57,306 nucleotides of DNA, taken from the IMG/VR virus record IMGVR_UViG_3300007778_000005, positions 1 through 57,306 of that record. The stretch is one strand, 5' to 3'. The DNA comes from a virus. Lineage: Duplodnaviria; Caudoviricetes. The notes under the pieces are model-generated. The model did not search any database. It had not been told where the DNA came from and was given only the letters and a program-made list of their open reading frames with translations. Below, one piece after another: positions 18,737 to 30,300 of this stretch (within the stretch, counting starts at the first letter, position 1; each line of letters begins with the position of its first letter). The position numbers and the translations under genes are program-made.

Positions 18737-20428
18737 ATGGCAGAAGTATTAACAACGGCTTTTAAAAGTGACTTAACTCGAGATTTTTTTGAAGATCTGC
18801 AAAATAATAATTTTTATGCAGTAGTTTCTTCTGTGTCTCCAGACCAGACTAATAGAATTACAGCAGTAAATTCTTATGAAGCTATCAATCAGTTTAAAGA
18901 AAAGATTCTTTTTGGCAAAAAGATTTTTAGCGATGATATGAAATTCATGGTTAAATATTATCCTTGGCAAAAAGGTCAAACGTACGATCAATATGATGAT
19001 AAAATTGACTTAACTGATAAACGTTTTTACGCTGTTGTTGGTCCTAATAACAACGACACAGGTGATTACCGCGTATTTAAATGTTTGTTTAATAATAACA
19101 ACGAAGCTTCTGAAACACCTCCTAACTATAATGCATACGCAGAAGGTGGTATAATTAAAACTGCCGATGGATACGTATGGCAATATTTGTATGCAATTTC
19201 CGGCTCAGAGTTCGAAGCATATAATGCGCTAGGTTATATTCCTATTGTTGGTGATTTTGAAATTAATCCAGATTACAGTACACAAACTGGTTCTCAATTA
19301 GGCGATATTTTCGTAGAAAACCCTATTGACAACGCTGGCTATCCACATATTTCTGGTTTCTTAGAAGGCAGAACAGATGACGGTGAATTTACAATACGCG
19401 CAGAAACATTAAGTGAAATTTCCAATTACTACGCTGGCATGTATATTTACACTACTAACCCATCTAACTCTCCAGATGATCCACTAGTTTCACGTGTGTT
19501 TATTATCGACTCATATTACTTAGATGGCTCAACAGGTAAAGGTAAAGTAAAAGTTAGAAATTATCCAGAAGGTGAAACTATTCCAGGTTATTTACCACCA
19601 GGTATAGAAGATCCGGGCGATCCTAATCCTGGACAAGTGTTTATTTCTCCTAACGCAAACTTTTCTATTGTTCCTAGAATAGAAATTAAAGGTGATGGAG
19701 AAGGTGCAGTTGCTATTCCAGAAATTGCAGATGGTAACATAAGATCTATTTTAGTATTGAATAATGGTTCTGGCTATACTAATATAACTGCAACTATTAT
19801 AGATCCATTATACGATTTTGATCCAGATGATCCAGCATCTATTGATTTGCGCGCAAAATTGAGACCTGTACTTTCTCCAATTGGTGGACACGGCTTTGAT
19901 TTAATTAATGAATTGCATTGTCGTCACGTATTACTTTATGGATATATTACAGAAACCGATAACAATAACATTGGTGCTACTAACTTATTCTCGCACATTG
20001 GTGTTATCAAGAATCCAGAATTTAAAGTAGATCCTGCTCCAGATGTATTTGATAATAGAATTGCAGTAACTACTGATAATTACAAATTATTAGAAGTTGA
20101 TAAAACTGTTGTTCAATTAGATGATAATAATATAGTAACATTTTCTGGACGTGTGCACGAAATTGATGAAGATGCAAATACCGTTTATATTTCGGAATAC
20201 ATGGGTCCTTATCAAAATTTAACTGATGAAGATACTTCATTTAATATTACAAAAAATCTAGTCAACGAACTAAGCCAACAAGTTGAGATAAATACACCAG
20301 TAGAAGATAATGTAGTCATATCCGACTACGTCCAAAAAACTGGAAAAGTATACTTTATGGAAGATTTTGTCCCATTGGAAAGATCAAAATTTTCTCGAGA
20401 AGAATACAAGTTAGTATTAGAATTTTAA
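18737..20428 (+). CDS. gp8: Baseplate wedge subunit gp8
   Basis: KKI, W..G..YDQYDD, YRVFKCL.NN....S..PP, TADGYVWQYLY, G...Y......R....E..K.VLEF motifs. Confidence 0.88.
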   Translation: MAEVLTTAFKSDLTRDFFEDLQNNNFYAVVSSVSPDQTNRITAVNSYEAINQFKEKILFGKKIFSDDMKFMVKYYPWQKGQTYDQYDDKIDLTDKRFYAVVGPNNNDTGDYRVFKCLFNNNNEASETPPNYNAYAEGGIIKTADGYVWQYLYAISGSEFEAYNALGYIPIVGDFEINPDYSTQTGSQLGDIFVENPIDNAGYPHISGFLEGRTDDGEFTIRAETLSEISNYYAGMYIYTTNPSNSPDDPLVSRVFIIDSYYLDGSTGKGKVKVRNYPEGETIPGYLPPGIEDPGDPNPGQVFISPNANFSIVPRIEIKGDGEGAVAIPEIADGNIRSILVLNNGSGYTNITATIIDPLYDFDPDDPASIDLRAKLRPVLSPIGGHGFDLINELHCRHVLLYGYITETDNNNIGATNLFSHIGVIKNPEFKVDPAPDVFDNRIAVTTDNYKLLEVDKTVVQLDDNNIVTFSGRVHEIDEDANTVYISEYMGPYQNLTDEDTSFNITKNLVNELSQQVEINTPVEDNVVISDYVQKTGKVYFMEDFVPLERSKFSREEYKLVLEF

Positions 20429-20443
20429 GGAAACCTAAAGAAG

Positions 20444-23400
20444 ATGCCTATTAATACAGACTTAAATATCGCGCCATATTTTGATGATTTTGATCTTGAG
20501 AAACAATTCTATAAAATCTTGTTCAAACCTGCGTACGCGGTACAAGCAAGAGAGCTTACTCAACTTCAAACTATCCTTCAAAACCAAATTGAACAGTTTG
20601 GTGATAATGTATATAAAGAAGGTAGTATCATCAAAGGTTGTAACTTCACCAATCTAAACGGCTTACAATATGTTAAAGTTAAAAACAAAGCCGGTGGTGA
20701 TTTTGACATTACCACGTATGTTAGTGGCCCTTCAACTGAAGTTATTAATGGTGTCGAAACAGATATCGACGTTATTTACGAGCTTGAAGGTGACGAGACT
20801 GGTCTTAAAGCTTCTGTAGTTGCAGCAGAACGTGGTTTCGAAACTCGTCCACCAGATCTTAATACATTCTTTATTAACTACTTGAATTCTACAAATCTTT
20901 TCCAGCAATTCCGTACTGGTGAGGTTCTTAAGATTACTCGTAAGAAATATAACGGTAAAGATCTTTATAGCACAGAACCTAATATTGACAGCATTCAGGT
21001 AACAGAACTTGCAGATCCCGTTGGTAAATCATTCGGTATTCAGGCATCGCCGGGTGTTATTTTCCAAAAGGGTCATTTCTTATTTGCCGATGCACAAACA
21101 CTAATTGTTTCTAAATACACAGACCAACCTGATGATTTGTCAGTGGGTTATGAAGTAGATGAATCTTTAATTAGTTCGCTTCAGGATGAAAGCCTTTACG
21201 ATAATGCTAACGGCTCCACCAACCAAAATGCGCCAGGCGCAGATCGTCTAAAACTTGTTCCTAAACTAGTTGTTAAATCTACTGCCGAAGCAGATATTGA
21301 TGCTAGCTTCTTTACGTTGATTCGTTACCAAAATGGTTCAGCTGTTACGTTGAGAGACATTTCCCAATACAATGTAATTGGCGAAGAAATGGCTAAGAGA
21401 ACCTACGAAGAGTCTGGCAACTATATTGTAGATAAATTTAAAGTTGATATGGATCGTCGTGACGATCAGCTAACTGCGCTTGTAGGTAAAGGTACTGCTT
21501 ACGTTAAAGGTTTCCGCGTAGAAAATAGTGGTAAGGTTGATTTTAAAGTAGATCAAATTACTAAAACTGCTATTCAAGCAAACCAAGCAACTTCAGTTGA
21601 TTACGGTAGTTATGTAGATATTGTTGATATTAGTGGTTATGTAGATGTTTTTGGTACTTATGGCGCAGGCACGTTCAGTGTAGATTTACAAAATTCTAGC
21701 CAAACTAAGATTGGTACTGGTTTAGTTAAGAATATTACTCCAACCCGTTTGTATATGTTCGGAGTTAAAATGAACTCCGGACAAAGTTTTGCTAATGTTA
21801 CTCGCGTTGTTGGTGCAAGTGGTGTAATTACTATTGCAGCTGGTTCTAGATTAAAAGAAGTTGGTAAGTCACCTGTTATATTTGATACTGGTACATTCAG
21901 TCTTAAAGAAACTACTGATATGATTATACCAGTGCGTGCAATGCTTGATGTATTTGTAACATCAAATGAAATTACATTAGTACAAGGCTCTGATATTGGT
22001 GTTAACGAAGACTTTGCGTTAAATCAAAGCGACATTGTAGTAGTTGATGCTTCTAATACTTACATTCCTGTATTAAGCTGGTCAGTAACAAGTAATGGTA
22101 CTGTACTTTCTGTACAATTAGATCCAGCGGCAGGTTCAGATCCTGTTGCATCTATTTACTTTAATAAGCGTATTGGTAATGCAACTGCTAACTCTAAGGT
22201 TCTCGAAAAGCCCTATGTAAAAGTTCAGTACGATGCCGATACCACTAAGTATACTCTTGGTTTCCCAGATGTATTTAACATTGAAGAAATCATTGATTCT
22301 GTAACTGGTGTTGATTATAAAGATAGCTTTGTCCTAAGAAGAAACCAGAACGACCACTTTTACGATATTTCGTACATGGAATTAATTCCTGGTCGCCCAT
22401 TCCCAACAGATGGCGCTCAATTGTATATTAAACTAAACATCTTTAGATTAAATACTTCTGGCGGCGGTGATGGCTTCTTTACTATTAACAGCTATCCAAT
22501 TGATGATACCTCGGCAGTCTTACCATCAGACAAGATTCGTTCAAACGATCTAAAAGCATATATTGGCACAAATGGTTACACGTATAATCTAAGAGAATGT
22601 TACGACTTTAGACCTTATGCCAACAAAGATTCGCAAGCAAGTTATATTGCTGTAACGCAAGGTGCTGCACCATTACTCACAACTCCTGTCGGTGGTTACA
22701 ATCTCACTTTCCAAAACAGAGATTTGTTAGTACCTGCTCTTAACTCAAGCATTACATCTGACATTGAATTTTACTTAGGTAGACGTGACGTAATTACTAT
22801 TGACTCTTATGGTATATTAAAACTTATTAAGGGTGAAGAAGATGAGCGTCCAGTTCGTCCTGCCACAAGCCCAGATGAATTAATGGTTTCTGAAATCAGC
22901 GTTCCAGGTTACCCAGCTCTAACTCCACAGGAAGCTGCTGAGCAAGGTAAGCCAGCATATGCAGTTAAGGTTAAACATCTTGGTACTAAGAACTACACAA
23001 TGCGCGATATCGAAAAAATCGAAAAACGCATTGAAGGTTTAGAATACTACATCAGCTTAAATCAACTAGAACAACAAGCAGAAAATATGCTAATTCTAGA
23101 TGAAAACGGTTTAACAAGATTTAAGAATGGTTACGTTGTAGATCCATTCAATGATTCTAAAGTTGCTAATACTGAAGATCCTAATTACAAAGCTGCTATT
23201 CACTTCGATAGAAGCTTGCTATCAGGCGCGTTAAATACGTTCCCAATAGATCTTAAGTATAAGACTGGTGTAGGTGCGTCTATCTTCCCTTCGACTGACG
23301 ATGCAGAAATTGCGTCACTAAGTAGATCGGCTAATGTTAAATTGCTAGGTCAGCCATATGCAACTAACTTTAGAAACTGTGTAAGTAACTTCTGGAAATA

Positions 23401-25810
23401 TGACGGTAACGCTGTTCTATCACCGAGTCATGATATGGCGCATGATACCGTACAAAACCCAACTCCATTTGAAATTGATATTACTGGCGTATTCCAAGAT
23501 CTTCAAGAAGCATTTCCTCTAATGGGTGTAGAATGGACTGGTCAAACTAGTCTAACTAATCGTAGAGCAGTAGGACGCACATGGGTACAAGACGTGCAGG
23601 AAACTGGCCGCGTAATGGAATTGCAAGTTAATGATGGCGGATCAAATGCAGTTGGTGATTTCGTTACTAATGTTCAGTTCCAACCATTTATGAGATCTCG
23701 CGATGTTAGGATTTTTGTAAGTGGTCTACGTCCTAATACACGTCATTATTTCTTCTTTGATGGTGTTGATGTAAATGCTCATGTTGCACGAGCAACATCA
23801 TCAAGATGGGCTCGCTTAATTAGAAGAGTTGGCGGTTTCGGTAATTCAGTAGAAACTGATTCACGCGGTGTATTGCGTGCTGTATTTAAAATCCCAGCTG
23901 GTAAATTCTATGTTGGTGATCGAGTTCTAGAAATTGCTGACGTCGATAGTTATGCTGATATTGAATCTGCTGCTACTTCTGTTGCTGAAGTAACTTACCA
24001 TGCATTTAATATTACTCAAGAAAAAACAACTATCAATACTCGTATCCCAGAGTTTGAAGTTGAACAAGTTGGTACTACAACAAGAAACGTAGCTCAACGT
24101 ATTACACGCCGTGGTGATCCATTGGCTCAAACATTCTTTATTAAGAAAGGTATGGGACGTGGTTCTAACACTGTTTACGCATCACGTATTGATCTATTCT
24201 TCAAGAGAAAGAGTGATATTAATGGTGTAACTGTTATGATTCGTGAAGTTGTAAATGGTTATCCATCACCAGCTATTATTCCATTCTCCAAGATTCATTT
24301 AACACCAGAAGAAGTTAATGTTTCTGACGATGCTTCAGTTGCAACAACTATTGACTTTGAAGCACCTATCAGAATGGATGTAGAAAAAGAATACTCGATC
24401 GTTGTAATGCCAGATGCAAACGATCCTAACTACCTAATCTTTACTTCTAAGGTTGGTGGATTGGATTTAACTCCGGGAGCAACTCAAGGTAAGTCAGTTG
24501 TTCAAGACTGGGGTGACGGTGTTCTATTTACATCAACTAACAACAAAGCATGGAAGTCTTACCAAGATGAAGATGTTAAATTTAACTTATATCGTCACGA
24601 CTTTACTGCAGCGACTGGTTCTGTAACATTAACTACAAACGATCACGAGTTCTTTACATTAAGTAACTGGGATGGTCGTTTTGAATCTAATGAACCAGTG
24701 TATCAAGAGTTAACTCTTCAAGGTTCAACTTCTGCAACAGTTAGTATTCAAGGTGATGTAGTAACCGGCACTGCACTTGGTGATACTTATTCTGCAGGCG
24801 ATTATATTAAAATTACTGATTCGCAAGGTAACAATGCTGACCTTTACAGAATCATTGATTTTACAAGTCCGACAGAAATGGTTGTAGATAAGAATGCCGA
24901 TGGCGATATTATTAGTGGTATTGGTACTCCAGTTATCACTGGTATAATATCACACTACAATAAGTACAACCGTGCAGAAATGCATCTTAAAGAAAGTTCT
25001 GCGACTGCTGCTAAGAAATTTACAGCTGGATCGACTATATACGGTTTGTTCTCAGGCGTACAAGGTACAATTGATACTATTGATAATATCCAATTAAGCT
25101 ATGTACAACCATTAATTCAGAAAACAAACGATGGTGTTACTACGACTTCAATTTCTGGTACGTTTGTTGATCCAAACAATCCAGTAAACATTTATGAAAT
25201 GCCAATGAAGTTTGGTGATAACAATACATTCGTTAAAAATGGTGTACTTGTTTACAGTAAGTCAAACGATATTCTAGGACAGAAACCGTTTGATATTACG
25301 ATTAATATGACAAACAGTTCTAACTCTACCTCGTCACCGTTGGTAGATATTGAATTGTCAACTTTGATGTCTTACCAATATAAGGTGACAAATGATTCAG
25401 CAACTACTTCTAAATACATTTCCAAGACTGTAGAATTGGCTGAAGATTTAGATGCTGAGGATATGGAAATCTTCCTAACTGGTTACCGTCCAAACGGATC
25501 TGACATTAAAGTTTACATCAGACCACAAAATGCACAAGACGGATCAATGTTTGAAAACATTAATTGGATAGAGTTGGAACTAGTACAAGGTGCTTCTACT
25601 TATTCTTCTAAAAACAATATGGACGACTTTAGAGAATATAAGTACAAAGTAGCTGATGCTAATAAAGATGGTAATGGTTCAATCCAATATACTAGTGACG
25701 GTGGTACATTCTCAGGATATAGAAAATTCGCAATTAAAATTGAGCTATTAGCTGAAAGTATCAATGTTGCACCACTAGTTAAAGACTATAGAGGCATTGC
25801 GTTAACATGA
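20444..25810 (+). CDS. Large virion structural protein, VrlC/DUF4815 family
   Basis: LN.APYFDDF....FYKILFKP..AVQARELTQLQTILQNQIE.FG, APGADRLK, RTYEESGNY, YTMRDI..IEKRI..LEYY.SL, DPLAQTF motifs. Confidence 0.88.
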   Translation: MPINTDLNIAPYFDDFDLEKQFYKILFKPAYAVQARELTQLQTILQNQIEQFGDNVYKEGSIIKGCNFTNLNGLQYVKVKNKAGGDFDITTYVSGPSTEVINGVETDIDVIYELEGDETGLKASVVAAERGFETRPPDLNTFFINYLNSTNLFQQFRTGEVLKITRKKYNGKDLYSTEPNIDSIQVTELADPVGKSFGIQASPGVIFQKGHFLFADAQTLIVSKYTDQPDDLSVGYEVDESLISSLQDESLYDNANGSTNQNAPGADRLKLVPKLVVKSTAEADIDASFFTLIRYQNGSAVTLRDISQYNVIGEEMAKRTYEESGNYIVDKFKVDMDRRDDQLTALVGKGTAYVKGFRVENSGKVDFKVDQITKTAIQANQATSVDYGSYVDIVDISGYVDVFGTYGAGTFSVDLQNSSQTKIGTGLVKNITPTRLYMFGVKMNSGQSFANVTRVVGASGVITIAAGSRLKEVGKSPVIFDTGTFSLKETTDMIIPVRAMLDVFVTSNEITLVQGSDIGVNEDFALNQSDIVVVDASNTYIPVLSWSVTSNGTVLSVQLDPAAGSDPVASIYFNKRIGNATANSKVLEKPYVKVQYDADTTKYTLGFPDVFNIEEIIDSVTGVDYKDSFVLRRNQNDHFYDISYMELIPGRPFPTDGAQLYIKLNIFRLNTSGGGDGFFTINSYPIDDTSAVLPSDKIRSNDLKAYIGTNGYTYNLRECYDFRPYANKDSQASYIAVTQGAAPLLTTPVGGYNLTFQNRDLLVPALNSSITSDIEFYLGRRDVITIDSYGILKLIKGEEDERPVRPATSPDELMVSEISVPGYPALTPQEAAEQGKPAYAVKVKHLGTKNYTMRDIEKIEKRIEGLEYYISLNQLEQQAENMLILDENGLTRFKNGYVVDPFNDSKVANTEDPNYKAAIHFDRSLLSGALNTFPIDLKYKTGVGASIFPSTDDAEIASLSRSANVKLLGQPYATNFRNCVSNFWKYDGNAVLSPSHDMAHDTVQNPTPFEIDITGVFQDLQEAFPLMGVEWTGQTSLTNRRAVGRTWVQDVQETGRVMELQVNDGGSNAVGDFVTNVQFQPFMRSRDVRIFVSGLRPNTRHYFFFDGVDVNAHVARATSSRWARLIRRVGGFGNSVETDSRGVLRAVFKIPAGKFYVGDRVLEIADVDSYADIESAATSVAEVTYHAFNITQEKTTINTRIPEFEVEQVGTTTRNVAQRITRRGDPLAQTFFIKKGMGRGSNTVYASRIDLFFKRKSDINGVTVMIREVVNGYPSPAIIPFSKIHLTPEEVNVSDDASVATTIDFEAPIRMDVEKEYSIVVMPDANDPNYLIFTSKVGGLDLTPGATQGKSVVQDWGDGVLFTSTNNKAWKSYQDEDVKFNLYRHDFTAATGSVTLTTNDHEFFTLSNWDGRFESNEPVYQELTLQGSTSATVSIQGDVVTGTALGDTYSAGDYIKITDSQGNNADLYRIIDFTSPTEMVVDKNADGDIISGIGTPVITGIISHYNKYNRAEMHLKESSATAAKKFTAGSTIYGLFSGVQGTIDTIDNIQLSYVQPLIQKTNDGVTTTSISGTFVDPNNPVNIYEMPMKFGDNNTFVKNGVLVYSKSNDILGQKPFDITINMTNSSNSTSSPLVDIELSTLMSYQYKVTNDSATTSKYISKTVELAEDLDAEDMEIFLTGYRPNGSDIKVYIRPQNAQDGSMFENINWIELELVQGASTYSSKNNMDDFREYKYKVADANKDGNGSIQYTSDGGTFSGYRKFAIKIELLAESINVAPLVKDYRGIALT

Positions 25811-25995
25811 TGAATAATTTAGTTAGGGATCAGAATTCAAACGCCATATTGAACACGGACGTTCAATCTCTTAATAAATATAAAGCAGAGAGGGCATTTC
25901 GTAAAAAGGTTGAATCTTTAACTAAAGAAGTTAATGACCTTAAAGAGATGCTAGAAAAAGTTTGTGAAAAATTAGATAAGATAGAGAACAACTAA
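25807..25995 (+). CDS. Small coiled-coil protein following the VrlC-like gene
   Basis: LVRD..S.AILNTD then heptad-like tail; overlaps the upstream stop (ATGA) and downstream start (TAATG). Confidence 0.7.
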   Translation: MMNNLVRDQNSNAILNTDVQSLNKYKAERAFRKKVESLTKEVNDLKEMLEKVCEKLDKIENN

Positions 25996-27299
25996 TGGCA
26001 AAGTCAACTATTCAAAATATTACGGTAACTCAAACATTTCAAAACTGGTTTGACAAAACCAATGAAATGGTTGACTTATTTAGAGACCAAGTAGTTACAG
26101 CAACAGCGACCGGCGATTTAACTGTAGGTAATGTAGATCTTCAAGGTACTCTGCAAGCTAATACAGTTATCGCAGATATCGAATTAAAATTTGATAGAGC
26201 TAGTGCGTTTACTACCGGTGAATCTATTACATTTGGATCACCAGTAGTTATTAACGGTACTTCTTCAAAAGTTGTTTCAACTTACAATTATGCATCTGGT
26301 GGGCCAGTACAAAGATTTAGCGATGGTACTGTTTCTTGGGATGTTGGTTTTGAAAATTCAAATGATCACAACTTTATTATTAATACAGGTTTAGGCGCAA
26401 CTAAACTTGAACTTTCTACTGCAGGCACATTAACAGTTCCTAATTTAATCGTTTTAGAAAACTTTGATATCGCTGGTGATTTGACTGTAGCAGATGGTAG
26501 TACATTAACTCTAGATTCTTTGGTTGCAAATACAGCAACTATTACTACTGCCGAAATAGATTCATTACAAGTAAATGAAATGATTGCTAATAAGTTTACT
26601 GGTGACATTTATCATCCAGCAGCAACGGGTGGTAATGGTGAAGGTAAAGTATTAGAGAACGGTGGTCCTGCTGCAAATATTCCAGCAACATTCTTTGGTA
26701 ACGTTCAAGGTACAGTCAGTTCATTAACTAACCACGATACCGACAGTCTAAAAGAAGGCAATGATAATCTTTACTTCACTACTGCAAGAGTAAAAGGTGC
26801 ATTAACTTCTGGTACCGGTGTCGGTATTATTGCAGATCCAAATAATTCAGCCAAAACTCTTATTTCTATTGGACAATCAGTTAACACAAATGCTAATGCA
26901 GCATTTAAAACATTAACACTTAATACTGGTGAAGCTGATCCAAGCGCTCGTGATAATAAAATTTATTTAAATGGCACCAATGGTACTATTGTTGCAGAAG
27001 GTGATATTACTGCATTTGGTACAGTATCAGATATTAACACTAAAGAAAACATTAAGTCAATTGAAAATGCTTTAGATAAAATTTCTAAATTAGGTGGTTA
27101 TACTTTCAACTATAAAGGTAAAAATGAAAGAATGACTGGTGTTATTGCTCAAGAATTATTAGAAGTTCTTCCTGAAGTAGTATATACAACTAAAAATCCT
27201 GAAACTGAAGAAGAAACTTATGCTGTACGTTATGGAAATATTGTTGGACTATTAATTGAAGCAATCAAAGAACTTCAAGAAAAAATAGATAAAAAATAA
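25995..27299 (+). CDS. Tail fibre/spike protein with C-terminal intramolecular chaperone (peptidase S74)
   Basis: GDITAF..SDINTKENI..IENALDKI..L.GYTF...GVIAQE...VLPEVV...AVRYGN.VGLLIEAIKEL. Confidence 0.85.
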   Translation: MAKSTIQNITVTQTFQNWFDKTNEMVDLFRDQVVTATATGDLTVGNVDLQGTLQANTVIADIELKFDRASAFTTGESITFGSPVVINGTSSKVVSTYNYASGGPVQRFSDGTVSWDVGFENSNDHNFIINTGLGATKLELSTAGTLTVPNLIVLENFDIAGDLTVADGSTLTLDSLVANTATITTAEIDSLQVNEMIANKFTGDIYHPAATGGNGEGKVLENGGPAANIPATFFGNVQGTVSSLTNHDTDSLKEGNDNLYFTTARVKGALTSGTGVGIIADPNNSAKTLISIGQSVNTNANAAFKTLTLNTGEADPSARDNKIYLNGTNGTIVAEGDITAFGTVSDINTKENIKSIENALDKISKLGGYTFNYKGKNERMTGVIAQELLEVLPEVVYTTKNPETEEETYAVRYGNIVGLLIEAIKELQEKIDKK

Positions 27300-27344
27300 G
27301 AAATCCTTTTGCTTTGTTATGCGACGGTTCCTCTAAAATTTCAT

Positions 27345-27352
27345 TATAAATA
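27345..27352 (+). promoter_or_regulatory. T4-type late promoter upstream of the 3152-aa gene
   Basis: Exact TATAAATA, intergenic. Confidence 0.85.
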
Positions 27353-27383
27353 ATAAGAAAACACACATTAAGGGTATTAAAGA

Positions 27384-30300
27384 ATGTCAAAGATTTCAGA
27401 ATTAGGACCGATAACAGGCGCGAATACCAGATCAGAAGACCTTTTCGTTATCGTTAACCTCATTCAAGGTGATGATGGTACTAAAAACATCACAAGAAGA
27501 GAGTTAGTCCAAGCCCTACAGTATGAAATTTTCAACAGAATTACTATCACTGGTGGATCGATCTCGAACGTTACAATGTTCGCGTCAACTCTATCTGAGG
27601 TAGAGATCTCTAATTCACTATTTGATGTAGGCAATATTACAAACTCAGTATTAGACAACGTCGTTATCACTAATGCGGAAGCTAGAGATGTCGAAATGTC
27701 TGATTCGACTATTGCTAATACTGCACTTGATGATGTTACTATTACAAATGCCGTTGCTAACAATATGGCAATTACCGACTCTGATTTCTCAGACGGTACT
27801 GGCAATAACGTCGTACTTACTAATTCACAAATCGATAATTCTTTATATAACAATGTTACTATCGAGCAAGGTACTGCAAACGGCCTTATTCTTACCAATA
27901 TTGAAATCGATGAACTAGTTCTTGAAGATGCGTTAATTTCAAATTCTCAAATTATCACTACTTCATTTTCTAATGGTTCAATCTTTGATGTTACCGTAAC
28001 TAATACCGCTATTTGGGATACTAATATTTCAAATAGTGAAATTATTACGACTATCCTACGTGATGTAGATATCTATGATTCACGTTTCTCGAATGGTCAA
28101 ATTTGGGATACAGCAATTGCCAATAGTACTGTACTAAATACAGCTATTGAAGATTCTACTGCTAATAATCTTACAGTCACAGATTCTGCAATTTCTGATA
28201 GTACCGGTGTTAATCTAGGTATTACTGGTTCCGTATTTGATAACGGTACATTAGATAATAACATTATTACTAATTCTGATTTCTCAGACGGCACTGGTAA
28301 TAATAACATCTTTACCAATACTACAATTGATGAAGGTACAATCCAAAATTCTGTAATTGCTAATACTGCATTCCAAGGTACTATGAATGATGTAGTAGCT
28401 CAGAATATGCAGATTACCAGTTCTTCAGCTTCTGATTTAACACAAACTAAATCATCTTTTGATGGTGGTGTAATTACAAACTCTGCCATCAGTGAAGGTT
28501 CAATTTCTAATACAGTAATTGATAATACTCAGCTAGTCGACTTCGATATGGATCTCAAAAATGTTTGGGAACCTAATATGGATGAAGATTCTTACTTCGC
28601 TATTAAGAATGTTAAGACTGGTGAAACAGAACAAATTACTTACCGTCAACTTTACAACGAAATTGCCAAAAATACTGAGAAAGCTCTCAAGGTACACGTT
28701 TCTGCTGACGGTGATGATAATAGCCCAGGTACAATCCTCAAGCCTGTTCGTACGTTAAAACGTGCTGCTGAACTTGCTTTGGAAAAAGCTGGTGGTAAAT
28801 ACGATCGTAACGATATTGAAAACGCAGTTCACATTTCTGTAGGTCCTGGCACTTATGAAATTGATGAACCAATCTGGCTACCAGATGATTGTTCAATGTC
28901 TTCTACTTCTGGCCAATACGCGACACTAATTAAGAAAAAACAAGGTTGGGAAAGAACTAACGGTATCCTAGTTGGTTCTGGTTGTTATCTGCAAGGTTTC
29001 TCTTACATGAACTTTGAGGTAGATAACTTTGATTACCCAGAAGGTGGTTTCGCTGTTGCTTATCGTCCAGGTGCACTATTAAGACGTTCTCCATATATTC
29101 GTGACTCATCCCAACTTTCAAACTTCAATCGTTTGGATGTTGAACCACCTCTGCAGCCTTTCAACTCTAAAGGTACTATTGCTGACCTTGGACAAGAAAT
29201 CTTCATGGAAGTTGGTCACAGTGTTGAAGACCAATGGGCTGAAGGCGATGAAGTTACTTTCTCAAGTGGTGCTAAAGGTTTCATTTCTTGGGCCACAGAT
29301 GTAGATTCAGATAGCCGCATCTTTGTGCGCAATCTAAAAGGCGCCATTGAAGTAGGCGATATGATCTACACTGAGTCAGGTGGTACAGGTCAAATTAAAG
29401 AAATTGGTATCGATGACTTCCCTAATAGACTAGTTGGTCGCGGTGGCGGCTGTCTACTAGCTGATAGACGTGTTCTCGATCCTGATTCACTTTACACATA
29501 TGTACTATGTTTCGGTTTCACGCCTCGTACTCAAAACGGTGTTGGTTACGTTGCTCGCGATGGTGCTGGTGTTAACGGTATCGGTTCTCTATCAATCTTC
29601 GTACGTACTGCATTCTATGCATTGAACGGCGGACAGATGACATTGAACAACTCTGGTACTCAGTTTGGTGACATCTCAATGCGTGCTAAAGGTTCTACTA
29701 ATATCTTTACACCACCTGAAACAAGTGCTACTCTAGTTGCAAACTCTTCATTTGCTGCAACTCTAGATGTAAATCGTCAAGAAATTATTGAAGATACAAT
29801 CAACTTCCTACAAGCTAATACTGCTAATGGCGGTTTAGATTACCAAGGTTATGACGCAGAAAAATGTATGCGTGATACTGGTATTATTGTAGATAATGTT
29901 GGTTACGATGTTGCTCTCAATTCTAACTACTGGGGTCGTCTAAACGGTATTACTTACCGCAGTCCAATTTCATATGTCGTAGTTAATGAACAACTTACTG
30001 AAACTGTTGGCGCTAACCAATATCTCAAGAGCGAAATTAATAGAATCTTCCAAAACGCAGATCCTGAAGTAAATCAGCGTGTAGGTGTTTCTCTTGATGA
30101 AACTCTAAATGTTCTACAAAATGGTGAACCTGCTGCAAACCCAATTCAATTTGCAGATACAGGTGATAGAGCAAGAACTAATGCTCGTGAACTTCTCCAA
30201 GATAACCGCGATCTTATTATTGAAGGTATGGTTGATTGGATTGATAATAACGATCAGTTCTTTGCTTACGATTCTGCTACTTGTCGCAGAGATATTCAAG

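Noticed and set aside
20287-20294. Intragenic late-promoter-like (G/A)ATAAATA matches (here, about 10572, about 25873) and intergenic AATAAATA at about 16098
   Set aside because: Imperfect matches in AT-rich DNA; plausibly placed but not distinguishable from chance without TSS data
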